In this document: positions 9,209-18,075 of the stretch, piece after piece
Numbering within the stretch: position 1 is the first letter of the stretch
Layout of the letters: the number at the start of each line of letters is the position of its first letter
Assembly (NCBI GenBank): GCA_027859205.1
Contig: JAQIBH010000071.1
Coordinates: 5,807-69,806 of the forward strand
Length of the DNA: 64,000 nt
Source of the DNA: Bacteroidales bacterium
Lineage (GTDB): Bacteria; Bacteroidota; Bacteroidia; Bacteroidales; UBA12077
Direction: 5' to 3'
The notes under the pieces: model-generated
The model's input: only the letters and a program-made list of their open reading frames with translations
What the model was told of the DNA's origin: nothing
Database searches by the model: none
Program-made: the position numbers and the translations under genes

Positions 9209-9244
9209 AGCTTTATTGTTTTATGTGGTTAAATTATGATAATT

Positions 9245-9679
9245 CTATTTTTCCTCTGGCACAAATTTCAACGAAATTGAATTTACGCAATGTCGAGTAT
9301 TTTTATTTGTAAATCCTTCGCCAATAAAAACGTGTCCTAAGTGAGCATTACAATAGGCACAAACAATTTCAGTACGATTCCCATCTTTATCAATAACTCT
9401 TTTTACAGCACCTTCAATTTCATCATCGAAACTTGGCCAGCCACAATGCGAATCAAATTTATCACTTGATTTGTATAATATTGCATCGCAACGTTTACAA
9501 ACATATTTTCCTTTTTCTTTGTTGTCTAATAATTCTCCAGTCCAAGCTCTTTCGGTTCCTTTTTGGATAATTATTCTTTCTTCATCTGGTGTTAGTTTAT
9601 TATAATTCATAGTATCTTTTTGTGCATATCCCGGGTTAAATACATAAATTAAAATTACGAATGATATTAATCTAAACAT
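9245..9679 (-). CDS. msrB: Peptide-methionine (R)-S-oxide reductase MsrB with N-terminal signal peptide
   Basis: SelR motifs CKRCDA...HCGWPSF, CAYCNAHLGHVF, catalytic RHCVNS. Start placed at ATG 9679, giving MFRLISFVILIYVFNPGYAQ as the leader. Confidence 0.88.
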   Translation of the reverse strand: MFRLISFVILIYVFNPGYAQKDTMNYNKLTPDEERIIIQKGTERAWTGELLDNKEKGKYVCKRCDAILYKSSDKFDSHCGWPSFDDEIEGAVKRVIDKDGNRTEIVCAYCNAHLGHVFIGEGFTNKNTRHCVNSISLKFVPEEK

Positions 9680-9764
9680 GGCTTTTGTTTTAATAAACAA
9701 AATGATGAGCAAAAGGTTTTTATTTTATACTCTTTTTAATTAATTTTTGAACATATATAAATAA

Positions 9765-10325
9765 ATGAATAATGCGAAGATTATAGAAGCAATTTATTTT
9801 GCCGGAGTGCGACATAAAGATCAAACACGGAAGGGACTAGGAAGGATTCCATATATAAATCATCCTATTCAGGTTGCTAAGGTATTATCTGATTTTGGTG
9901 AAAATGATGATGACTTGATTAAATCAGCTTTACTTCATGATGTTATTGAAGACACAACTAAGAACGAGAAAGAGATAAAAGAATTATCAAACATTATTTT
10001 AGAAAAGTTTGGAGAGATTGTTCTACTAACTGTCCTTGAGGTTTCTGATAATAAATCATTACCTGTCGAAGAACGAAAAAAATTGCAGGTTGTGAATACT
10101 CCAAAGCTTTCTGATAGCGCAAAAAAGCTGAAAATAGCCGATAAAATATGTAATATACTTGATATTAAAAATGATCCTCCTGTAAATTGGTCACTTAAAA
10201 GAAAACTGTCTTATCTTGATTGGGCAAATAAAGTTGTTAGTGGTGCAAAGGGCGTAAATAAAAAGCTTGACCATTATTTTGATCAAGTTTATAATGAAAC
10301 ATATTCTTTCTTGAAAAAGAAATAA
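9765..10325 (+). CDS. Stand-alone HD-domain protein, RelA/SpoT-hydrolase-like (Mesh1/SAH-type candidate)
   Basis: 186 aa. AGVRHKDQTRKG, INHPIQVA, LHDVIEDT. No synthetase, TGS or ACT region. Confidence 0.65.
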   Translation: MNNAKIIEAIYFAGVRHKDQTRKGLGRIPYINHPIQVAKVLSDFGENDDDLIKSALLHDVIEDTTKNEKEIKELSNIILEKFGEIVLLTVLEVSDNKSLPVEERKKLQVVNTPKLSDSAKKLKIADKICNILDIKNDPPVNWSLKRKLSYLDWANKVVSGAKGVNKKLDHYFDQVYNETYSFLKKK

Positions 10326-10408
10326 TCTTTAAAAACTCTATTATTTTATTAATTAGTTTTCCTTACAGATTGTAGGTTAAAGTCGAAACGCAAATATTCA
10401 AAGGCTTA

Positions 10409-12370
10409 TTAATATGGTTTAGCCACAAATTTCACTATCAAAAACATCACTAATATCCCTGTAGGAAATAATATCCATGGTGATACTCCAAAGGCCGAAG
10501 GAATTGTTCCAATAATTATTGAAACACTACCTACAGTAAGTGCATATGGCAATTGGGTTCTAACATGTTCAATATGGTTACATGAACTTGCCAGTGAGCT
10601 TAATATTGTTGTGTCAGAAATCGGTGAGCAATGGTCGCCCATTACCGATCCGGCTAAAACAGCTGAAACCACATTATAAAAAATAGCTAGCGATTCTTCA
10701 TGATCTAATCCGAAATTCTGAGCAATTAACCATGAGGAAGGTAAAATTAAAGGATATAATATAGCCATTGTTCCCCATGATGAACCTGTCGAAAATGCTA
10801 CCAAGGCTCCCAGAATAAAAGTAAATGCCGGAATAAACTGTGGAGAAATATTAACGCTTACTAAACTTTGGGAAATAAAATCAGCTGTATGTAAATGTTT
10901 TGTAACAAGAGCTATAGACCAAGCTAAAATTAAAATAATAATTGCAGTAAGCATGGTTCTAAAACCATTAATCATACTGTCTATAGTAGTTTTTAAATCC
11001 AGAATCTTTTGAACGAGTGTAAGTAATATTGCAATTAACACACCCGAAACTGATGACCAAAGTAAAGCTTTATATGAATCGCTATTACCAATAATTGTAG
11101 ACAGTTTTGATGAAAAAGATATGGAGCCGTCATTCCAAACGGTTTGATCCCAACCAGTATAAAGCAAACCTGCAAATGTTCCAAAAATTATAATAAAAAC
11201 TGGAATAGCTGCATTGTACCATCGCGGGATGATATGATCAGGAACATCTAGCTCGTTTAACTTATTTGAAAATGTATTTCTGTCATCAGCTAAATTAATG
11301 TCATTAGCCAAACGTGCTTTTTTTTCGGCTTTGTGCATAGGGCCAAAATCGCCTTGGTTTCTAATAAGTATTAAAATAAATATGAGAGTAAAAATTGGAT
11401 AAAAAGCATATCCGAGCGAACTAAGAAAAATACCATAAGCGCTTTCAGTAATTCCTATTGTATTTATACCATCTTGAATATAACTTAGCTCTGCACCAAT
11501 CCAGGTGGTTACAAACGCAATAGCAGTAATTGGCGCGGCAGTTGAATCAACAATATAAGCAAGTTTCTCTCTTGATATTTTTAACTTATCTGTAACCGGT
11601 CGCATTGTATTTCCAACAACCAAAGTGTTTGCGTAATCATCAAAAAAGATAGCAATTCCTAAAAGCCATGTAACAAATTGACCTGAACGGGGACTATTAG
11701 CATAATTCGATAAAATATTAACAACTCCTTTCATTCCTCCGTTTCGAGTTATAATATTTACCATTGCACCAATTAGCATCGAGAATATAATAATTGACAT
11801 ATGACCGGGTTCTGTCAAGGATTCTAACATATAAGTATCAATTATTGCAAACATTCCTTTAAAAATAGCAGGAATTATTGCTGTATCCTGATACCAAAAT
11901 ATTGTAGCAGTCCCAGCTAATATCCCAATAAATAGTGCTGTAAAAACTTCTTTAAAGATTAACGCAAATAAAATTGCAATAAGTGGAGGTATTACAGAAA
12001 ACCATAATGGAATTGGTGTAATCGTCTTTGTGTAAGTATACTCGGAAATAGTTATTTTAAAATCCTGTTTTTCTGTAAATTTATAGCTAAAAGTCCCTGA
12101 TCCTTTAACGATTCTTAATACAACAGGTTTGTCGTTTACTTTAATTGTAACCGGATATCCTTCAAACTTTCTTCTGAATTCTTGATTTTTGAAGTTTAGT
12201 ATAATTTTGACATCAATTCCTTTAACAACAATATTAGTCATTTCAACCGTGACATCATCATTATTTAATATTGGAATATCAGGCGTTTCAGCAGCAATCC
12301 CAATGCTTACAGTTACTATTAATATACTTAGACCTAAAAATATATTCTTGAATAAAGAAATCATTTGCAA
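10409..12370 (-). CDS. NhaC-type Na+/H+ antiporter family protein with extra N-terminal extracytoplasmic domain
   Basis: 653 aa. Signal-anchor, then about 90 aa of beta-rich soluble sequence, then a polytopic NhaC-like core. Confidence 0.7.
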   Translation of the reverse strand: MQMISLFKNIFLGLSILIVTVSIGIAAETPDIPILNNDDVTVEMTNIVVKGIDVKIILNFKNQEFRRKFEGYPVTIKVNDKPVVLRIVKGSGTFSYKFTEKQDFKITISEYTYTKTITPIPLWFSVIPPLIAILFALIFKEVFTALFIGILAGTATIFWYQDTAIIPAIFKGMFAIIDTYMLESLTEPGHMSIIIFSMLIGAMVNIITRNGGMKGVVNILSNYANSPRSGQFVTWLLGIAIFFDDYANTLVVGNTMRPVTDKLKISREKLAYIVDSTAAPITAIAFVTTWIGAELSYIQDGINTIGITESAYGIFLSSLGYAFYPIFTLIFILILIRNQGDFGPMHKAEKKARLANDINLADDRNTFSNKLNELDVPDHIIPRWYNAAIPVFIIIFGTFAGLLYTGWDQTVWNDGSISFSSKLSTIIGNSDSYKALLWSSVSGVLIAILLTLVQKILDLKTTIDSMINGFRTMLTAIIILILAWSIALVTKHLHTADFISQSLVSVNISPQFIPAFTFILGALVAFSTGSSWGTMAILYPLILPSSWLIAQNFGLDHEESLAIFYNVVSAVLAGSVMGDHCSPISDTTILSSLASSCNHIEHVRTQLPYALTVGSVSIIIGTIPSAFGVSPWILFPTGILVMFLIVKFVAKPY

Positions 12371-12607
12371 CTATTTTATGTAAAAAAACATCTCTAAATT
12401 AGAGAAAAAAATGATATTTTAACTATTTTATGACAATTTACAGTAGATTTAGTTTAAGGTTTGGCTTTAGATAAATTTTAAATTTGGTGTATTTTTTTTT
12501 GTTTTAAAGGAATGGTTTGATAGTTAGTTTTTTAATATAAAGTGAATGAGATTTGTTATTTTGATTTTAAATCAAAAAGAATTAAATTGTATTTAAATAT
12601 TTGAACG

Positions 12608-13201
12608 ATGGGATTGTATCTGGATTTTGACTTTCTGAATGTTGATCACGAAAATTTGGCTCTTAAGCAAGGTAGGATATTAATATCCGAGCCATTATTA
12701 CCAGATACTTATTTTAAGCGATCGGTTGTACTTTTAACAGAATATTCCGATAAAGGTGCTGTTGGTTTTGTTTTAAATAAAACAATACAAATGCCACTGA
12801 CTGAGCTTCTTGCCGATTTCCCAGATTTTAAAGCTAATATAGGAATTGGAGGACCAGTAGAAAAAGATACTATTCATTTTTTACATACGTTAGGAGAAGC
12901 AATTCCAAATTCAGTTCATGTAGTTGATGATATTTATTGGGGAGGAGATTTTGACGATTTGAAGGAATTTATTAGCTTAGGAATCGTAAATTCCTCACAA
13001 GTTCGTTTTTTTCTGGGCTATTCGGGTTGGAGTCCTTCTCAGTTAGAAGATGAAATAAAAGGAAATGCCTGGCTTGTTACAAAAATTGATTCATCCAAAA
13101 TTATGTTGGCCAATAAAGGTTTTTGGAAAAAAACATTGGATAAACTCGGTGAAAAATATAAAGTCTGGTCAAATATTCCAGAGAATCCTACAATGAATTA
13201 A
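12608..13201 (+). CDS. YqgE/AlgH family protein (UPF0301)
   Basis: 197 aa. LISEPLLPDTYFKRSVVLLTEYSDKGAVGFVLNK and YWGGDF...FLGYSGWSPSQLEDE are family-typical. Confidence 0.8.
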   Translation: MGLYLDFDFLNVDHENLALKQGRILISEPLLPDTYFKRSVVLLTEYSDKGAVGFVLNKTIQMPLTELLADFPDFKANIGIGGPVEKDTIHFLHTLGEAIPNSVHVVDDIYWGGDFDDLKEFISLGIVNSSQVRFFLGYSGWSPSQLEDEIKGNAWLVTKIDSSKIMLANKGFWKKTLDKLGEKYKVWSNIPENPTMN

Positions 13202-13210
13202 TTTTGCATT

Positions 13211-14062
13211 TTAAAATACGAGCATGTTTAGTTTCTCAATAAACTGGTGAGCAATATTACTAAAGTACCTTCTGTCTTTATAAGCTAAAACCCATCTAAT
13301 TCCCGAAATACTATTTGTTAAAAAAACTTCATCGGCACTTAATAAGTGAGTTTCATTTAATGAATCTTCAAAATTTATTTTTAATCCGTTCGAATCGGCT
13401 ATTTTTAGAATTTGTTTGCGCATTATTCCTGCAACAGGGCCATCTTTTAAAGGCGGAGTAGATAATACATCACCTTTAACTAAAAAAATATTTGAACTGA
13501 TACCTTCGACAATATTTTCTTTCTCGTTCAGTAAAATACAATCGCCCAGATTTTTTTCTTTTGCATAAGAACCTGCCATTACATAGAGCAAAGCATTTGC
13601 CGATTTTAAACTGGAGAATACATTTACAGGCTTTCTAATTTCCTTAAAAATATCAATAATTAATCCTTTTTGATTTAATTCGTAATGATCATTATCGATG
13701 TATTCGGTTTCAACTAAATAAGAAATATTATTATCTGTAGGAGTATATTTTCCTCCTTCGTTTCTAAAAACACTTAGCCGAATTCGGACTCCTTGATATA
13801 GTTTATTTTTATGTAGAAGTTTAATTATTTCCTTTTCAATAAAGCCGGTTTCAATAATTGTAGGAACTTCCATTTTTAAGATTTTCATTCCGTATTTTAA
13901 ACGGGCAATATGATCTTCGAAAAACTGAATCTCTGTTCCATTGGCATGTATAGTTTCAAATAATGCATCGCCATAACAAAAAGCTCGGTTTTTGAAACTT
14001 AATCCAAACTCATCTATATAATGATATGAACCATTGTATAATATGAATGAATTTATAGCCAT
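13211..14062 (-). CDS. Class IV aminotransferase-fold protein (aminodeoxychorismate lyase / BCAT-like)
   Basis: 283 aa. YGDALFET, EGISSNIFLV, VAGIMRKQIL pattern of fold-type IV PLP enzymes. Confidence 0.65.
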   Translation of the reverse strand: MAINSFILYNGSYHYIDEFGLSFKNRAFCYGDALFETIHANGTEIQFFEDHIARLKYGMKILKMEVPTIIETGFIEKEIIKLLHKNKLYQGVRIRLSVFRNEGGKYTPTDNNISYLVETEYIDNDHYELNQKGLIIDIFKEIRKPVNVFSSLKSANALLYVMAGSYAKEKNLGDCILLNEKENIVEGISSNIFLVKGDVLSTPPLKDGPVAGIMRKQILKIADSNGLKINFEDSLNETHLLSADEVFLTNSISGIRWVLAYKDRRYFSNIAHQFIEKLNMLVF

Positions 14063-14548
14063 TTATTGGATTATTTCATCAATTAGATTCTCAATATTTT
14101 CGTTTAGACCAACTTTTATTCCTTTAATACCTGCATTTTCTGCTGCTTCTACATCACGCATTTTGTCACCTATCATAAACGATTTTTTAGGATTAATATT
14201 AAAACGAGCTATTGCTTTTTCAATCATTAACGAATTAGGTTTTCGGCAAATACATTTTTCATTTATACTGTGATGAGGACAATAATATATTTCAGTAAGT
14301 TCTACATCCACTTTTTTTAATTCATCGGCCAAATAATGATGAATATCTTCAACATGTTTATGTGTATATAATCGCTTAGAAATTCCACCTTGATTTGTAA
14401 TAATAATCAATAAATATCCTTTGTCATATAATTTTTTAAGAGAAGACAGAATACCATCGTTTATTTTAAATTCATCTAATTCAAAGGTATAATCACCCGG
14501 ATCAAAATTTATAACACCGTCTCTATCAAAAAAAGCTGATTTATTCAT
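14063..14548 (-). CDS. gmhB: D-glycero-D-manno-heptose 1,7-bisphosphate phosphatase-like HAD-IIIA hydrolase
   Basis: 161 aa. FFDRDGVIN, ITNQGGI, CPHH...CICRKP zinc motif, GDKMRD. Confidence 0.78.
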   Translation of the reverse strand: MNKSAFFDRDGVINFDPGDYTFELDEFKINDGILSSLKKLYDKGYLLIIITNQGGISKRLYTHKHVEDIHHYLADELKKVDVELTEIYYCPHHSINEKCICRKPNSLMIEKAIARFNINPKKSFMIGDKMRDVEAAENAGIKGIKVGLNENIENLIDEIIQ

Positions 14549-14554
14549 AAATCA

Positions 14555-15175
14555 TTATAAAAAATTAAATAATTGACCTAAAAATACTTTTATCAATTTA
14601 GGTTCTAAAAGTATCGGAAATAAAAAGCCAAATACTGCTCCAATAAAGTGCGCATCGTGATTTACATTATCCTTTCCACGTTTTATCATGTATTGCGAAT
14701 AAGCTAAATATGCGACTCCTAAAATAATTCCTGGAATTGGAATAATTGCATATAATTCAATGGCTCGTAAAGGATAAAAGAATATGTGTGTGAATACAAT
14801 GGCAGAAACAGCTCCCGATGCTCCAACCGAATTGTACCATTGATTATCTTTTTGTTTTTTAATGCTTGTGACTGTTGCAAAAATCATACTTCCAAAATAT
14901 AATATCACAAATGATAATACCGGTGATTTAATAATTCCCTGGGCTGCCAAATCTTTAAAAATTCGCTCAACTGAATTTCCAAAAGAGAAAAGTACAAACA
15001 TATTAATAAACAAATGAATCCAATCGGCATGTAAAAAACCATGAGAAATTATTCTGTGCCATTCTTTTTTGTGATAAACGGCGTAAGGATTTAGTTGTAG
15101 TTTATCGAAAATATCTCTTCGATTAAATGCAATTATGGAAATAATAGATGTTATTGCAATAAGTAATATGGTCAT
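14555..15175 (-). CDS. Rhomboid-family intramembrane serine protease
   Basis: 206 aa. HADWIHLFINM and GASGAVSAIVF motifs with a downstream His. Confidence 0.85.
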   Translation of the reverse strand: MTILLIAITSIISIIAFNRRDIFDKLQLNPYAVYHKKEWHRIISHGFLHADWIHLFINMFVLFSFGNSVERIFKDLAAQGIIKSPVLSFVILYFGSMIFATVTSIKKQKDNQWYNSVGASGAVSAIVFTHIFFYPLRAIELYAIIPIPGIILGVAYLAYSQYMIKRGKDNVNHDAHFIGAVFGFLFPILLEPKLIKVFLGQLFNFL

Positions 15176-15186
15176 TATAGAATAAA

Positions 15187-16182
15187 TTAATGTAAAATTC
15201 GATAAACCAGTTCTTTTAATAATTCCCCGTGCGTTGTACTAACGTTATTAAATCCTTTTGATTTTAAATCGTACTCACGTAACAAGCTAATTATTTCAAC
15301 TGTTTTCTTTGGATTGTAATTTTTTGCAGCCTTTTCGTAATCACCAACAAAGTATGGATTTACTTTTAATGTAGCCGCAACATTTCTTTTATCTTTAATA
15401 AAATGATAGCTTAACACTTTACTGTAAAAATGATATAATGACGAAATAGTTACTGTAAAAGGATTATCCTTTGGATTATGTCCAAAATAGTTAACTATTC
15501 GATTTGCTTTTAAAACATTCTTCTGCGTTAGCGCTTTATGTAACTCAAAATTATTATAGTCTTTGCTTATTCCAATATTTCGTTCAATATGCGATGAGGT
15601 AATATTAAATTCGCCATCGGGGAGCGTAATTATTAATTTATCAAGTTCGTTGGCAATTTTGCTTAAATCATTTCCGAGATATTCGGTAAGTAACATTCCT
15701 GCGCTGGGGTCAATTGTCCTATTTTTATTTTTTAGGTAGCCATTTATCCATCCTGGAACTTCATTGTCGTACAACTTTTTTGATTCGAATAAAACACAGT
15801 TCTCATTTAAAGCCTTATACAGTTTTTTTCTTTTGTCAAGTGTTTTGTATTTATAGTTTATAACTAAAACCGTCGATTTTAAGGGAGTATTTGCATAATG
15901 TATTAAATCCTCAATATTTTTAATATTCTGAGCTTCTTTTACAATAACAACCTGATAGTTTGCCATCATAGGATATCTCTTAGCTGTATTAATCACAGTA
16001 TGCATTTCTGTTTCTTTTCCATACAATACAGATTGATTAAAAGATTTCTCTGCATCGGTTAAAACATTATCGTTAATGTATTTTGTAATTAAATCGATAA
16101 AGTATGGCTCATCGCCAGACAGGAAATAAATAGGTTTGTAGATTTTATTTTTTAAATCAGAAATAATTTGCTCAAAATTCAT
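15187..16182 (-). CDS. holA: DNA polymerase III delta subunit
   Basis: 331 aa. IYFLSGDEPYFID start, and a length and helical C-terminus typical of HolA. Confidence 0.8.
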   Translation of the reverse strand: MNFEQIISDLKNKIYKPIYFLSGDEPYFIDLITKYINDNVLTDAEKSFNQSVLYGKETEMHTVINTAKRYPMMANYQVVIVKEAQNIKNIEDLIHYANTPLKSTVLVINYKYKTLDKRKKLYKALNENCVLFESKKLYDNEVPGWINGYLKNKNRTIDPSAGMLLTEYLGNDLSKIANELDKLIITLPDGEFNITSSHIERNIGISKDYNNFELHKALTQKNVLKANRIVNYFGHNPKDNPFTVTISSLYHFYSKVLSYHFIKDKRNVAATLKVNPYFVGDYEKAAKNYNPKKTVEIISLLREYDLKSKGFNNVSTTHGELLKELVYRILH

Positions 16183-16194
16183 ATTTTAATACAA

Positions 16195-16965
16195 TTAAAA
16201 ACGTAAGTGCTTAACCGATTCCTTATTCTCTTTTATTTCTTTAATTGCCTCAACTCCAATTTTAACATGATCATCAACAAAATTCTCAGTAATCTGTTTG
16301 TCGCTTCGTGAAGTTTTTACTCCAGTTGAAATCATAGGTTGGTCAGTTACAAGTAATAAAGCACCTGTTGGGATTTCATTTGCAAATCCAACTGTAAAGA
16401 TAGTTGCAGTTTCCATATCAATTGCCATGGATCGTGTTTTTTGCAAATATTTTTTAAAGCGTTCATCGTATTCCCATACTCGTTTATTTGTTGTTAGGAC
16501 TGTTCCAGTGAAATAATCCTTTTTATGGTTTCTGATAGCTGTAGCAACAGCCATTTGCAATTTAAAGGCTGGTAATGCTGGTATTTCTGGTGGTAAGTAG
16601 TCATTAGACGTTCCTTCACTTCTTATTGCTCCAATTGGAACAATATAACCTCCAAGTTCGTTTTTCTTTTTTAATCCACCACATTTACCTAGAAATAGAG
16701 CTGCTTTAGGTTTTATAGCGCTTAATAAATCCATTATTGTAGCAGCATTAGCACTACCCATACCAAAATTTATCATTGTAATACCATCAGCAGTAGCGCA
16801 TTGCATATTAGCATTTGGATCAACAATTTCTACTTTATTCCAGTCTGCAAATTGTTCCAAGTAATGAGAAAAATTTGTTAAAAGTATATAATCACCAAAT
16901 TGATCTAGTGGACATCCTGTATATCGGGGCAACCAATCCTTTACGATTTCTTCTTTTGTTTTCAT
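16195..16965 (-). CDS. AMP nucleosidase-like nucleoside phosphorylase (PNP_UDP_1 fold)
   Basis: 256 aa. INFGMGSANAATIMDLL, FLGKCGGL, AIDMETATIF segments. Confidence 0.7.
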   Translation of the reverse strand: MKTKEEIVKDWLPRYTGCPLDQFGDYILLTNFSHYLEQFADWNKVEIVDPNANMQCATADGITMINFGMGSANAATIMDLLSAIKPKAALFLGKCGGLKKKNELGGYIVPIGAIRSEGTSNDYLPPEIPALPAFKLQMAVATAIRNHKKDYFTGTVLTTNKRVWEYDERFKKYLQKTRSMAIDMETATIFTVGFANEIPTGALLLVTDQPMISTGVKTSRSDKQITENFVDDHVKIGVEAIKEIKENKESVKHLRF

Positions 16966-17026
16966 AGGATAGTATTTAATCTTGTTTTCTTTCTTATTTT
17001 TATATTCTCACAAAGTAGTGACTTTT

Positions 17027-17479
17027 ATGGAGAAGTTAAATTTACCAACTTATTTGTTTAATATAAAATTAATAGAACAAAGAAAATATATTTTTGATTC
17101 TATTCGAAAAAAATTCGTGATATTAACTCCGGAAGAATGGGTTCGGCAAAATTTCCTAAGATATTTAGTGGATGAAAAAAAATATCCTGCTTCGTTAATT
17201 GCCATTGAGATGGAATTTAAACTTAATAATTTATCAAAAAGGAGCGATGCTGTAATTTATGATAAGTTAGTTAATCCAATTTTAATTGTTGAATGTAAAG
17301 CTTCGAGTGTAAAAGTTGACCAAAAAGTTTTTGATCAAATTGCCAGGTATAATATGAAATTTAATGTTGAGTACCTTGTTGTAACTAATGGTTTACAGCA
17401 TTATTGTTGTAAGATTGATTATACGAATAATAATTATGAGTTTTTAAAGGAAGTGCCTGAATTTATTCAAATTGGATGA
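17027..17479 (+). CDS. Stand-alone HsdR_N-type PD-(D/E)xK domain protein
   Basis: Start moved to ATG 17027 (MEKLNLP). EEWVRQNFL, SDAVIY and IVECKAS give a D...ExK nuclease-fold signature. Confidence 0.65.
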   Translation: MEKLNLPTYLFNIKLIEQRKYIFDSIRKKFVILTPEEWVRQNFLRYLVDEKKYPASLIAIEMEFKLNNLSKRSDAVIYDKLVNPILIVECKASSVKVDQKVFDQIARYNMKFNVEYLVVTNGLQHYCCKIDYTNNNYEFLKEVPEFIQIG

Positions 17480-17498
17480 ATAAGTAATTCACAACTTT

Positions 17499-18050
17499 TT
17501 AGTCACGTATTAACTGAAACATTAATTCATCCTTTGTTCCTGAAGGATAAATAAGCCAATCTTTTTTAGTTCCAATAAGTTTAAAACCTTTGCTTTGAAA
17601 TAATTTTATACTATCTGTATTGTTTTCAGTAATATTGCAATAAAGCTGATTTAATTGCAATGTTTGGAAACTATATTTTATAAGTATATCCAGTGCATCA
17701 GATGCATACCCACTTTTTCTATCCTGAATATTTGTAATTAAAATACCTATACCAGCACGTTTGTGCATTGGGTCAAAATCGAATAAATCAATAGTACCAA
17801 TAGTTTGCAATTCTTTTTCATTGGTTTTCTCTATCATTAATCTTAATTGCTTAAGCTTGAAAATATCCTGATGTGAGTTTTCAATAAATTGATTAATTAT
17901 ATGTTTCGAAAAGGGTGTTATTGTATTGCTTAATTGCCAAATGGAGCTATTATTTTCCCATTCATAAATTAAATCAACATCGTTAGGCTCAATTGCTCTT
18001 AGCCTGGTTAATTTCCCAACAAGTATATTTGATGAATTATTTTTATGCAT
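17499..18050 (-). CDS. GNAT-family N-acetyltransferase (RimJ/RimL-like)
   Basis: 183 aa. RAGIGILI...RKSGYASDAL acetyl-CoA site-like segment and NxxSIKLFQSKGFK. Confidence 0.7.
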   Translation of the reverse strand: MHKNNSSNILVGKLTRLRAIEPNDVDLIYEWENNSSIWQLSNTITPFSKHIINQFIENSHQDIFKLKQLRLMIEKTNEKELQTIGTIDLFDFDPMHKRAGIGILITNIQDRKSGYASDALDILIKYSFQTLQLNQLYCNITENNTDSIKLFQSKGFKLIGTKKDWLIYPSGTKDELMFQLIRD

Positions 18051-18075
18051 TATTAAATATGAAGTTCAAGTTCTT

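Noticed and set aside
16982-17479. Type I restriction-modification system suggested by the HsdR_N similarity
   Set aside because: No HsdM, HsdS or helicase/translocase part of HsdR is present. The protein is only about 150 aa and sits among housekeeping genes. The TTG-extended start at 16982 was also rejected in favour of ATG 17027.
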